Assembly: GCA_964016885.1 (NCBI GenBank)
Contig: OZ024743.1
Span: forward strand, 321,780,001-321,844,000
Source of the DNA: Eledone cirrhosa
Taxonomy: Eukaryota
Reading direction: 5' to 3'
DNA: 64,000 nt
The translations under genes and the position numbers were made by a program. Below, in pieces: positions 1-15,000 of this stretch (positions within the stretch are counted from its first letter, which is position 1; every line of letters starts with the position of its first letter). Under the pieces are notes generated by a model that saw nothing but the letters and a program-made list of their open reading frames with translations, had not been told where the DNA came from and ran no database searches.

Positions 1-3000
1 AACATTGTGCTGAAGGGGACCCACACAGCAACATTGTGTTGAAGTGGAGCCACACAGCGACATTGTTTTGAAGTGGAGCCACATAGCAACATTGTGTTGA
101 AGTGGAGACACACAGCAACATTGTGTTGAAGTGGAGTCACACAGCAACATTGTGCTGAAGGGGAGACACACAGCAACATTGTGTTGAAGGGGAGACACAC
201 AGCAACATTGTGTTGAAGTGGAGCCACACAGCAACATTGTGTTGAAGTGGAGCCACACAGCAACATTGTGCTGAAGTGGAGCCACACAGCAACATTGTGT
301 TGAAGTGTAGACACACAGCAACATTGTGTTGAAGTGGAGCTACACAGCAACATTGTGTTGAAGTGGAGCCACACAGCAACATTGTGCTGAAGTGGAGCCA
401 CACAGCAATATTGTGTTGAAGTGGAGCCACACAGCAACATTGTGTTGAAGTGGAGCCACACAGCAACATTGTGCTGAAGTGGAGCCACACAGCAACATTG
501 TGTTGAAGTGGAGCCACACAGCAACAGTGTTCAAGTGGAGCCACACAGCAACAGTGTTCAAGTGGAGCCACACAGCAACATTGTGTTGAAGTGGAGACAC
601 ACAGCAACATTGTGTTGAAGTGGTGCCACACAGCAACATTGTGTTGAAGTGAACCCACATAGCAACATTGTGTTGAAGTGGAGACACACAGCAACATTGT
701 GTTGAAGTGGAGCCACACAGCAACATTGTGTTTTAGTGGAGCCACACAGCAATATTGTGTTGAATTGGACCCACACAGCAACATTGTGTTGAAGTGGACC
801 CACACATCAACATTGTGTTGAAGTGGACCCACACAGCAACATTGTGTTGAAGTGGAGCCACACAGCAACATTGTGTTGAAGTGGAGCCACACAGCAACAT
901 TGTGTTGAAGTGGAGCCACACAGCAACATTGTGTTGAGGTGGAGCCACACAGCAACATTGTGCTGAAGTGGAGTCACACAGCAACATTGTGTTGAAGTGG
1001 AGCCACACAGCAATATTGTGTTGAAGTGGACCCACACAGCAACATTGTGTTGAAGTGGAGCCACACAGCAACATTGTGTTGAAGGGGAGACACAGCAACA
1101 TTGTGTTGAAGGGGAGCCACACAGCAACATTGTGTTGAAGTGGAGCCACACAGCAACATTGTGTTGAAGTGGAGCCACACAGCAACATTGTGTTGAAGTG
1201 GACCCACACAGCAACATTGTGTTGAAGTGGAGACACACAGCAACATTGTGTTGAAGTGGAGCCACACAGCAACATTGTGTTGAAGTGGAGCCACACAGCA
1301 ACATTGTGCTGAAGTGGAGCCACACAGCAACATTGTGTTGAAGTGGAGCCACACAGCAACAGTGTTCAAGTGGAGCCACACAGCAACAGTGTTCAAGTGG
1401 AGCCACACAGCAACATTGTGTTGAAGTGGAGACACACAGCAACATTGTGTTGAAGTGGTGCCACACAGCAACATTGTGTTTTAGTGGAGCCACACAGCAA
1501 TATTGTGTTGAATTGGACCCACACAGCAACATTGTGTTGAAGTGGAGACACACAGCAACATTGTGTTGAAGTGGAGCCACACAGCAACATTGTGTTTTAG
1601 TGGAGCCACACAGCAATATTGTGTTGAATTGGACCCACACAGCAACATTGTGTTGAAGTGGACCCACACATCAACATTGTGTTGAAGTGGAGACACACAG
1701 CAACATTGTGTTGAAGTGGAGCCACACAGCAACATTGTGTTGAAGTGGAGCCACACAGCAACATTGTGTTGAAGTGGAGCCACACAGCAACATTGTGTTG
1801 AGGTGGAGCCACACAGCAACATTGTGCTGAAGTGGAGTCACACAGCAACATTGTGTTGAAGTGGAGCCACACAGCAATATTGTGTTGAAGTGGACCCACA
1901 CAGCAACATTGTGTTGAAGTGGAGCCACACAGCAACATTGTGTTGAAGGGGAGACACAGCAACATTGTGTTGAAGTGGAGCCACACAGCAACATTGTGTT
2001 GAAGTGGAGCCACACAGCAACATTGTGTTGAAGTGGAGCCACACAGCAACATTGTGTTGAAGTGGACCCACACAGCAACATTGTGTTGAAGTGGAGACAC
2101 ACAGCAACATTGTGTTGAAGTGGAGCAACACAGCAGCATTGTGTTGAAGTGGAGCGACACAGCAACATTGTGCTGAAGGGGGGCCACACAGCAACATTGT
2201 GCTGAAGTGGAGCCACACAGCAACATTGTGTTGAAGTGCCGCCACATAGCAACATTGTGTTGAAGTGGAGCCACACAGCAACATTGTGTTGAAGTGGAGA
2301 CACACAGCAACATTGTGTTGAAGTGGAGCCACACAGCAACATTGTGCTGAAGGGGATCCACACAGCAACATTGTGTTGAAGTGGACCCACATAGCAACAT
2401 TGTGTTGAAGGGGAGCCACACAGCAACATTGTGTTGAAGTGGAGCCACACAGCAACATTGTGTTGAAGTGGAGCCACACAGCAACATTGTGCTGAAGTGG
2501 AACCACACAGCAACATTGTGTTGAAGTGGAGCCACACAGCGACATTGTGTTGGAGTGGACCCACATAGCAACATTGTGTTGAAGGGGAGCCACACAGCAA
2601 CATTGTGTTGAAGTGGAGCCACACAGCAACATTGTGTTGAAGTGGACCCACATAGCAACATTGTGTTGAAGTGGAGACACACAGCAACATTGTGTTGAAG
2701 TGGTTCCACACAGCAACATTGTGTTGAAGTGGAGCCACACAGCAACATTGTGTTGAAGTGGACCCACGCAGCAACATTGTGTTGAAGTGGAGACACACAG
2801 CAACATTATGTTGAAGTGGAGCCACACAGCAACATTGTGTTGAAGTGGAGCGACACAGCAACATTGTGCTGAAGTGGAGCCACACAGCAACATTGTGTTG
2901 GAGTGGAGCCACATAGCAACATTGTGTTGAAGGGGAGCCACACAGCAACATTGTGTTGAAGTGGAGCCACACAGCAACATTGTCCTGAAGTGGAACCACA

Positions 3001-6000
3001 CAGCAACATTGTGTTGAAGTGGAGCCACACAGCAACATTGTGTTGGAGTGGAGCCACATAGCAACATTGTGTTGAAGGGGAGCCACACAGCAACATTGTG
3101 TTGAAGTGTAGCCACACAGCAACATTGTGTTGAAGTGGAGCCACACAGCAACATTGTGTTGAAGTGGAACCACACAGCAACATTGTGTTGAAGTGGAGCG
3201 ACACAGCAACATTGTGCTGAAGGCGACCCACACAGCAACATTGTGTTGCAGTGGAGACACACAGCAACATTGTGTTGAAGGGGAGCCACACAGCAACATT
3301 GTGTTGAAGTGGAGCAACACAGCAACATTGTGTTGAAGTGGAGCGACACAGCAACATTGTGCTGAAGGGGACCCACACAGCAACATTGTGTTGAAGTGGA
3401 GCCACACAGCGACATTGTGTTGAAGTGTAGCCACATAGCAACATTGTGTTGAAGTGGAGACACACAGCAACATTGTGTTGAAGTGGAGTCACACAGCAAC
3501 ATTGTGCTGAAGGGGAGACACACAGCAACATTGTGTTGAAGGGGAGACACACAGCAACATTGTGTTGAAGTGGAGCCACACAGCAACATTGTGTTGAAGT
3601 GGAGCCACACAGCAACATTGTGCTGAAGTGGAGCCACACAGCAACATTGTGTTGAAGTGTAGACACACAGCAACATTGTGTTGAAGTGGAGCTACACAGC
3701 AACATTGTGTTGAAGTGGAGCCACACAGCAACATTGTGCTGAAGTGGAGCCACACAGCAATATTGTGTTGAAGTGGAGCCACACAGCAACATTGTGTTGA
3801 AGTGGAGCCACACAGCAACATTGTGCTGAAGTGGAGCCACACAGCAACATTGTGTTGAAGTGGAGCCACACAGCAACAGTGTTCAAGTGGAGCCACACAG
3901 CAACAGTGTTCAAGTGGAGCCACACAGCAACATTGTGTTGAAGTGGAGACACACAGCAACATTGTGTTGAAGTGGTGCCACACAGCAACATTGTGTTGAA
4001 GTGAACCCACATAGCAACATTGTGTTGAAGTGGAGACACACAGCAACATTGTGTTGAAGTGGAGCCACACAGCAACATTGTGTTTTAGTGGAGCCACACA
4101 GCAATATTGTGTTGAATTGGACCCACACAGCAACATTGTGTTGAAGTGGACCCACACATCAACATTGTGTTGAAGTGGACCCACACAGCAACATTGTGTT
4201 GAAGTGGAGCCACACAGCAACATTGTGTTGAAGTGGAGCCACACAGCAACATTGTGTTGAAGTGGAGCCACACAGCAACATTGTGTTGAGGTGGAGCCAC
4301 ACAGCAACATTGTGCTGAAGTGGAGTCACACAGCAACATTGTGTTGAAGTGGAGCCACACAGCAATATTGTGTTGAAGTGGACCCACACAGCAACATTGT
4401 GTTGAAGTGGAGCCACACAGCAACATTGTGTTGAAGGGGAGACACAGCAACATTGTGTTGAAGGGGAGCCACACAGGTACATTGTGTTGAAGTGGAGCCA
4501 CACAGCAACATTGTGTTGAAGTGGAACCACACAGCAACATTGTGTTGAAGTGGACCCACACAGCAACATTGTGTTGAAGTGGAGACACACAGCAACATTG
4601 TGTTGAAGTGGAGCAACACAGCAGCATTGTGTTGAAGTGGAGCGACACAGCAACATTGTGCTGAAGGGGAGCCACACAGCAACATTGTGCTGAAGTGGAG
4701 CCACACAGCAACATTGTGTTGAAGTGCCGCCACATAGCAACATTGTGTTGAAGTGGAGCCACACAGCAACATTGTGTTGAAGTGGAGACACACAGCAACA
4801 TTGTGTTGAAGTGGAGCCACACAGCAACATTGTGCTGAAGGGGAGCCACACAGCAACATTGTGTTGAAGTGGATCCACACAGCAACATCGTGTTGAAGTG
4901 GACCCACATAGCAACACTGTGTTGAAGGGGAGCCACACAGCAACATTGTGTTGAAGTGGAGCCACACAGCAACATTGTGTTGAAGTGGAGCCACACAGCA
5001 ACATTGTGCTGAAGTGGAACCACACAGCAACATTGTGTTGAAGTGGAGCCACACAGCAACATTGTGTTGGAGTGGATCCACATAGCAACATTGTGTTGAA
5101 GGGGAGCCACACAGCAACATTGTGTTGAAGTGGAGCCACACAGCAACATTGTGCTGAAGTGGAACCACACAGCAACATTGTGTTGAAGTGGAGCCACACA
5201 GCAACATTGTGTTGGAGTGGAGCCACATAGCAACATTGTGTTGAAGGGGAGCCACACAGCAACATTGTGTTGAAGTGTAGCCACACAGCAACATTGTGTT
5301 GAAGTGGAGCCACACAGCAACATTGTGTTGAAGTGGAACCACACAGCAACATTGTGTTGAAGTGGAGCGACACAGCAACATTGTGCTGAAGGCGACCCAC
5401 ACAGCAACATTGTGTTGCAGTGGAGACACACAGCAACATTGTGTTGAAGGGGAACCACACAGCAACATTGTGTTGAAGTGGAGCAACACAGCAACATTGT
5501 GCTGAAGGGGACCCACACAGCAACATTGTGTTGAAGTGGAGCCACACAGCGACATTGTGTTGAAGGGGAGACACACAGCAACATTGTGTTGAAGTGGAGC
5601 CACACAGCAACATTGTGCTGAAGTGGAGCCACACAGCAACATTGTGTTGAAGTGTAGACACACAGCAACATTGTGTTGAAGTGGAGCTACACAGCAACAT
5701 TGTGTTGAAGTGGAGCCACACAGCAACATTGTGCTGAAGTGGAGCCACACAGCAACATTGTGTTGAAGCGGAGCCACACAGCAACATTGTGTTGAAGTGG
5801 AGCCACACAGCAACATTGTGCTGAAGTGGAGCCACACAGCAACATTGTGTTGAAGTGGAGCCACACAGCAACAGTGTTCAAGTGGAGCCACACAGCAACA
5901 GTGTTCAAGTGGAGCCACACAGCAACATTGTGTTGAAGTGGAGACACACAGCAACATTGTGTTGAAGTGGTGCCACACAGCAACATTGTGTTTTAGTGGA

Positions 6001-9000
6001 GCCACACAGCAATATTGTGTTGAATTGGACCCACACAGCAACATTGTGTTGAAGTGGAGACACACAGCAACATTGTGTTGAAGTGGAGCCACACAGCAAC
6101 ATTGTGTTTTAGTGGAGCCACACAGCAATATTGTGTTGAATTGGACCCACACAGCAACATTGTGTTGAAGTGGACCCACACATCAACATTGTGTTGAAGT
6201 GGACCCACACAGCAACATTGTGTTGAAGTGGAGCCACACAGCAACATTGTGTTGAAGTGGAGCCACACAGCAACATTGTGTTGAAGTGGAGCCACACAGC
6301 AACATTGTGTTGAGGTGGAGCCACACAGCAACATTGTGCTGAAGTGGAGTCACACAGCAACATTGTGTTGAAGTGGAGCCACACAGCAATATTGTGTTGA
6401 AGTGGACCCACACAGCAACATTGTGTTGAAGTGGAGCCACACAGCAACATTGTGTTGAAGGGGAGACACAGCAACATTGTGTTGAAGTGGAGCCACACAG
6501 CAACATTGTGTTGAAGTGGAGCCACACAGCAACATTGTGTTGAAGTGGAGCCACACAGCAACATTGTGTTGAAGTGGACCCACACAGCAACATTGTGTTG
6601 AAGTGGAGACACACAGCAACATTGTGTTGAAGTGGACCCACATAGCAACATTGTGTTGAAGTGGAGACACACAGCAACATTGTGTTGAAGTGGATCCACA
6701 CAGCAACATTGTGTTGAAGTGGAGCCACACAGCAACATTGTGTTGAAGTGGACCCACGCAGCAACATTGTGTTGAAGTGGAGACACACAGCAACATTATG
6801 TTGAAGTGGAGCCACACAGCAACATTGTGTTGAAGTGGAGCGACACAGCAACATTGTGTTGGAGTGGAGCCACATAGCAACATTGTGTTGAAGGGGAGCC
6901 ACACAGCAACATTGTGTTGAAGTGTAGCCACACAGCAACATTGTGTTGAAGTGGAGCCACACAGCAACATTGTGTTGAAGTGGAACCACACAGCAACATT
7001 GTGTTGAAGTGGAGCGACACAGCAACATTGTGCTGAAGGCGACCCACACAGCAACATTGTGTTGCAGTGGAGACACACAGCAACATTGTGTTGAAGGGGA
7101 GCCACACAGCAACATTGTGTTGAAGTGGAGCAACACAGCAACATTGTGTTGAAGTGGAGCGACACAGCAACATTGTGCTGAAGGGGACCCACACAGCAAC
7201 ATTGTGTTGAAGTGGAGCCACACAGCGACATTGTGTTGAAGTGGAGCCACATAGCAACATTGTGTTGAAGTGGAGACACACAGCAACATTGTGTTGAAGT
7301 GGAGTCACACAGCAACATTGTGCTGAAGGGGAGACACACAGCAACATTGTGTTGAAGGGGAGACACACAGCAACATTGTGTTGAAGTGGAGCCACACAGC
7401 AACATTGTGTTGAAGTGGAGCCACACAGCAACATTGTGCTGAAGTGGAGCCACACAGCAACATTGTGTTGAAGTGTAGACACACAGCAACATTGTGTTGA
7501 AGTGGAGCTACACAGCAACATTGTGTTGAAGTGGAGCCACACAGCAACATTGTGCTGAAGTGGAGCCACACAGCAATATTGTGTTGAAGTGGAGCCACAC
7601 AGCAACATTGTGTTGAAGTGGAGCCACACAGCAACATTGTGCTGAAGTGGAGCCACACAGCAACATTGTGTTGAAGTGGAGCCACACAGCAACAGTGTTC
7701 AAGTGGAGCCACACAGCAACAGTGTTCAAGTGGAGCCACACAGCAACATTGTGTTGAAGTGGAGACACACAGCAACATTGTGTTGAAGTGGTGCCACACA
7801 GCAACATTGTGTTGAAGTGAACCCACATAGCAACATTGTGTTGAAGTGGAGACACACAGCAACATTGTGTTGAAGTGGAGCCACACAGCAACATTGTGTT
7901 TTAGTGGAGCCACACAGCAATATTGTGTTGAATTGGACCCACACAGCAACATTGTGTTGAAGTGGACCCACACATCAACATTGTGTTGAAGTGGACCCAC
8001 ACAGCAACATTGTGTTGAAGTGGAGCCACACAGCAACATTGTGTTGAAGTGGAGCCACACAGCAACATTGTGTTGAAGTGGAGCCACACAGCAACATTGT
8101 GTTGAGGTGGAGCCACACAGCAACATTGTGCTGAAGTGGAGTCACACAGCAACATTGTGTTGAAGTGGAGCCACACAGCAATATTGTGTTGAAGTGGACC
8201 CACACAGCAACATTGTGTTGAAGTGGAGCCACACAGCAACATTGTGTTGAAGGGGAGACACAGCAACATTGTGTTGAAGGGGAGCCACACAGCAACATTG
8301 TGTTGAAGTGGAGCCACACAGCAACATTGTGTTGAAGTGGAGCCACACAGCAACATTGTGTTGAAGTGGACCCACACAGCAACATTGTGTTGAAGTGGAG
8401 ACACACAGCAACATTGTGTTGAAGTGGAGCCACACAGCAACATTGTGTTGAAGTGGAGCCACACAGCAACATTGTGCTGAAGTGGAGCCACACAGCGACA
8501 TTGTGTTGAAGTGGAGCCACACAGCAACAGTGTTCAAGTGGAGCCACACAGCAACAGTGTTCAAGTGGAGCCACACAGCAACATTGTGTTGAAGTGGAGA
8601 CACACAGCAACATTGTGTTGAAGTGGTGCCACACAGCAACATTGTGTTGAAGTGGTGCCACACAGCAACATTGTGTTTTAGTGGAGCCACACAGCAACAT
8701 TGTGTTGAAGTGGAGACACACAGCAACATTGTGTTGAAGTGGAGACACACAGCAACATTGTGTTGAAGTGGAGCCACACAGCAACATTGTGTTTTAGTGG
8801 AGCCACACAGCAATATTGTGTTGAATTGGACCCACACAGCAACATTGTGTTGAAGTGGACCCACACATCAACATTGTGTTGAAGTGGAGACACACAGCAA
8901 CATTGTGTTGAAGTGGAGCCACACAGCAACATTGTGTTGAAGTGGAGCCACACAGCAACATTGTGTTGAAGTGGAGACACACAGCAACATTGTGTTGAGG

Positions 9001-12000
9001 TGGAGCCACACAGCAACATTGTGCTGAAGTGGAGTCACACAGCAACATTGTGTTGAAGTGGAGCCACACAGCAATATTGTGTTGAAGTGGACCCACACAG
9101 CAACATTGTGTTGAAGTGGAGCCACACAGCAACATTGTGTTGAAGGGGAGACACAGCAACATTGTGTTGAAGTGGAGCCACACAGCAACATTGTGTTGAA
9201 GTGGAGCCACACAGCAACATTGTGTTGAAGTGGAGCCACACAGCAACATTGTGTTGAAGTGGACCCACACAGCAACATTGTGTTGAAGTGGAGACACACA
9301 GCAACATTGTGTTGAAGTGGAGCAACACAGCAGCATTGTGTTGAAGTGGAGCGACACAGCAACATTGTGCTGAAGGGGGGCCACACAGCAACATTGTGCT
9401 GAAGTGGAGCCACACAGCAACATTGTGTTGAAGTGCCGCCACATAGCAACATTGTGTTGAAGTGGAGCCACACAGCAACATTGTGTTGAAGTGGAGACAC
9501 ACAGCAACATTGTGTTGAAGTGGAGCCACACAGCAACATTGTGCTGAAGGGGATCCACACAGCAACATTGTGTTGAAGTGGACCCACATAGCAACATTGT
9601 GTTGAAGGGGAGCCACACAGCAACATTGTGTTGAAGTGGAGCCACACAGCAACATTGTGTTGAAGTGGAGCCACACAGCAACATTGTGCTGAAGTGGAAC
9701 CACACAGCAACATTGTGTTGAAGTGGAGCCACACAGCGACATTGTGTTGGAGTGGACCCACATAGCAACATTGTGTTGAAGGGGAGCCACACAGCAACAT
9801 TGTGTTGAAGTGGAGCCACACAGCAACATTGTGTTGAAGTGGACCCACATAGCAACATTGTGTTGAAGTGGAGACACACAGCAACATTGTGTTGAAGTGG
9901 TTCCACACAGCAACATTGTGTTGAAGTGGAGCCACACAGCAACATTGTGTTGAAGTGGACCCACGCAGCAACATTGTGTTGAAGTGGAGACACACAGCAA
10001 CATTATGTTGAAGTGGAGCCACACAGCAACATTGTGTTGAAGTGGAGCGACACAGCAACATTGTGCTGAAGTGGAGCCACACAGCAACATTGTGTTGGAG
10101 TGGAGCCACATAGCAACATTGTGTTGAAGGGGAGCCACACAGCAACATTGTGTTGAAGTGGAGCCACACAGCAACATTGTCCTGAAGTGGAACCACACAG
10201 CAACATTGTGTTGAAGTGGAGCCACACAGCAACATTGTGTTGGAGTGGAGCCACATAGCAACATTGTGTTGAAGGGGAGCCACACAGCAACATTGTGTTG
10301 AAGTGTAGCCACACAGCAACATTGTGTTGAAGTGGAGCCACACAGCAACATTGTGTTGAAGTGGAACCACACAGCAACATTGTGTTGAAGTGGAGCGACA
10401 CAGCAACATTGTGCTGAAGGCGACCCACACAGCAACATTGTGTTGCAGTGGAGACACACAGCAACATTGTGTTGAAGGGGAGCCACACAGCAACATTGTG
10501 TTGAAGTGGAGCAACACAGCAACATTGTGTTGAAGTGGAGCGACACAGCTACATTGTGCTGAAGGGGACCCACACAGCAACATTGTGTTGAAGTGGAGCC
10601 ACACAGCGACATTGTGTTGAAGTGTAGCCACATAGCAACATTGTGTTGAAGTGGAGACACACAGCAACATTGTGTTGAAGTGGAGTCACACAGCAACATT
10701 GTGCTGAAGGGGAGACACACAGCAACATTGTGTTGAAGGGGAGACACACAGCAACATTGTGTTGAAGTGGAGCCACACAGCAACATTGTGTTGAAGTGGA
10801 GCCACACAGCAACATTGTGCTGAAGTGGAGCCACACAGCAACATTGTGTTGAAGTGTAGACACACAGCAACATTGTGTTGAAGTGGAGCTACACAGCAAC
10901 ATTGTGTTGAAGTGGAGCCACACAGCAACATTGTGCTGAAGTGGAGCCACACAGCAATATTGTGTTGAAGTGGAGCCACACAGCAACATTGTGTTGAAGT
11001 GGAGCCACACAGCAACATTGTGCTGAAGTGGAGCCACACAGCAACATTGTGTTGAAGTGGAGCCACACAGCAACAGTGTTCAAGTGGAGCCACACAGCAA
11101 CAGTGTTCAAGTGGAGCCACACAGCAACATTGTGTTGAAGTGGAGCCACACAGCAACATTGTGTTGAAGTGGAGCCACACAGCAACATTGTGCTGAAGTG
11201 GAGCCACACAGCGACATTGTGTTGAAGTGGAGCCACACAGCAACAGTGTTCAAGTGGAGCCACACAGCAACAGTGTTCAAGTGGAGCCACACAGCAACAT
11301 TGTGTTGAAGTGGAGACACACAGCAACATTGTGTTGAAGTGGTGCCACACAGCAACATTGTGTTGAAGTGGTGCCACACAGCAACATTGTGTTTTAGTGG
11401 AGCCACACAGCAACATTGTGTTGAAGTGGAGACACACAGCAACATTGTGTTGAAGTGGAGACACACAGCAACATTGTGTTGAAGTGGAGCCACACAGCAA
11501 CATTGTGTTTTAGTGGAGCCACACAGCAATATTGTGTTGAATTGGACCCACACAGCAACATTGTGTTGAAGTGGACCCACACATCAACATTGTGTTGAAG
11601 TGGAGACACACAGCAACATTGTGTTGAAGTGGAGCCACACAGCAACATTGTGTTGAAGTGGAGCCACACAGCAACATTGTGTTGAAGTGGAGACACACAG
11701 CAACATTGTGTTGAGGTGGAGCCACACAGCAACATTGTGCTGAAGTGGAGTCACACAGCAACATTGTGTTGAAGTGGAGCCACACAGCAATATTGTGTTG
11801 AAGTGGACCCACACAGCAACATTGTGTTGAAGTGGAGCCACACAGCAACATTGTGTTGAAGGGGAGACACAGCAACATTGTGTTGAAGTGGAGCCACACA
11901 GCAACATTGTGTTGAAGTGGAGCCACACAGCAACATTGTGTTGAAGTGGAGCCACACAGCAACATTGTGTTGAAGTGGACCCACACAGCAACATTGTGTT

Positions 12001-15000
12001 GAAGTGGAGACACACAGCAACATTGTGTTGAAGTGGAGCAACACAGCAGCATTGTGTTGAAGTGGAGCGACACAGCAACATTGTGCTGAAGGGGGGCCAC
12101 ACAGCAACATTGTGCTGAAGTGGAGCCACACAGCAACATTGTGTTGAAGTGCCGCCACATAGCAACATTGTGTTGAAGTGGAGCCACACAGCAACATTGT
12201 GTTGAAGTGGAGACACACAGCAACATTGTGTTGAAGTGGAGCCACACAGCAACATTGTGCTGAAGGGGATCCACACAGCAACATTGTGTTGAAGTGGACC
12301 CACATAGCAACATTGTGTTGAAGGGGAGCCACACAGCAACATTGTGTTGAAGTGGAGCCACACAGCAACATTGTGTTGAAGTGGAGCCACACAGCAACAT
12401 TGTGCTGAAGTGGAACCACACAGCAACATTGTGTTGAAGTGGAGCCACACAGCGACATTGTGTTGGAGTGGACCCACATAGCAACATTGTGTTGAAGGGG
12501 AGCCACACAGCAACATTGTGTTGAAGTGGAGCCACACAGCAACATTGTGTTGAAGTGGACCCACATAGCAACATTGTGTTGAAGTGGAGACACACAGCAA
12601 CATTGTGTTGAAGTGGTTCCACACAGCAACATTGTGTTGAAGTGGAGCCACACAGCAACATTGTGTTGAAGTGGACCCACGCAGCAACATTGTGTTGAAG
12701 TGGAGACACACAGCAACATTATGTTGAAGTGGAGCCACACAGCAACATTGTGTTGAAGTGGAGCGACACAGCAACATTGTGCTGAAGTGGAGCCACACAG
12801 CAACATTGTGTTGGAGTGGAGCCACATAGCAACATTGTGTTGAAGGGGAGCCACACAGCAACATTGTGTTGAAGTGGAGCCACACAGCAACATTGTCCTG
12901 AAGTGGAACCACACAGCAACATTGTGTTGAAGTGGAGCCACACAGCAACATTGTGTTGGAGTGGAGCCACATAGCAACATTGTGTTGAAGGGGAGCCACA
13001 CAGCAACATTGTGTTGAAGTGTAGCCACACAGCAACATTGTGTTGAAGTGGAGCCACACAGCAACATTGTGTTGAAGTGGAACCACACAGCAACATTGTG
13101 TTGAAGTGGAGCGACACAGCAACATTGTGCTGAAGGCGACCCACACAGCAACATTGTGTTGCAGTGGAGACACACAGCAACATTGTGTTGAAGGGGAGCC
13201 ACACAGCAACATTGTGTTGAAGTGGAGCAACACAGCAACATTGTGTTGAAGTGGAGCGACACAGCTACATTGTGCTGAAGGGGACCCACACAGCAACATT
13301 GTGTTGAAGTGGAGCCACACAGCGACATTGTGTTGAAGTGTAGCCACATAGCAACATTGTGTTGAAGTGGAGACACACAGCAACATTGTGTTGAAGTGGA
13401 GTCACACAGCAACATTGTGCTGAAGGGGAGACACACAGCAACATTGTGTTGAAGGGGAGACACACAGCAACATTGTGTTGAAGTGGAGCCACACAGCAAC
13501 ATTGTGTTGAAGTGGAGCCACACAGCAACATTGTGCTGAAGTGGAGCCACACAGCAACATTGTGTTGAAGTGTAGACACACAGCAACATTGTGTTGAAGT
13601 GGAGCTACACAGCAACATTGTGTTGAAGTGGAGCCACACAGCAACATTGTGCTGAAGTGGAGCCACACAGCAATATTGTGTTGAAGTGGAGCCACACAGC
13701 AACATTGTGTTGAAGTGGAGCCACACAGCAACATTGTGCTGAAGTGGAGCCACACAGCAACATTGTGTTGAAGTGGAGCCACACAGCAACAGTGTTCAAG
13801 TGGAGCCACACAGCAACAGTGTTCAAGTGGAGCCACACAGCAACATTGTGTTGAAGTGGAGACACACAGCAACATTGTGTTGAAGTGGTGCCACACAGCA
13901 ACATTGTGTTGAAGTGAACCCACATAGCAACATTGTGTTGAAGTGGAGACACACAGCAACATTGTGTTGAAGTGGAGCCACACAGCAACATTGTGTTTTA
14001 GTGGAGCCACACAGCAATATTGTGTTGAATTGGACCCACACAGCAACATTGTGTTGAAGTGGACCCACACATCAACATTGTGTTGAAGTGGACCCACACA
14101 GCAACATTGTGTTGAAGTGGAGCCACACAGCAACATTGTGTTGAAGTGGAGCCACACAGCAACATTGTGTTGAAGTGGAGCCACACAGCAACATTGTGTT
14201 GAGGTGGAGCCACACAGCAACATTGTGCTGAAGTGGAGTCACACAGCAACATTGTGTTGAAGTGGAGCCACACAGCAATATTGTGTTGAAGTGGACCCAC
14301 ACAGCAACATTGTGTTGAAGTGGAGCCACACAGCAACATTGTGTTGAAGGGGAGACACAGCAACATTGTGTTGAAGGGGAGCCACACAGCAACATTGTGT
14401 TGAAGTGGAGCCACACAGCAACATTGTGTTGAAGTGGAGCCACACAGCAACATTGTGTTGAAGTGGACCCACACAGCAACATTGTGTTGAAGTGGAGACA
14501 CACAGCAACATTGTGTTGAAGTGGAGCCACACAGCAACATTGTGTTGAAGTGGAGCCACACAGCAACATTGTGCTGAAGTGGAGCCACACAGCAACATTG
14601 TGTTGAAGTGGAGCCACACAGCAACAGTGTTCAAGTGGAGCCACACAGCAACAGTGTTCAAGTGGAGCCACACAGCAACATTGTGTTGAAGTGGAGACAC
14701 ACAGCAACATTGTGTTGAAGTGGTGCCACACAGCAACATTGTGTTTTAGTGGAGCCACACAGCAATATTGTGTTGAATTGGACCCACACAGCAACATTGT
14801 GTTGAAGTGGAGACACACAGCAACATTGTGTTGAAGTGGAGCCACACAGCAACATTGTGTTTTAGTGGAGCCACACAGCAATATTGTGTTGAATTGGACC
14901 CACACAGCAACATTGTGTTGAAGTGGACCCACACATCAACATTGTGTTGAAGTGGAGACACACAGCAACATTGTGTTGAAGTGGAGCCACACAGCAACAT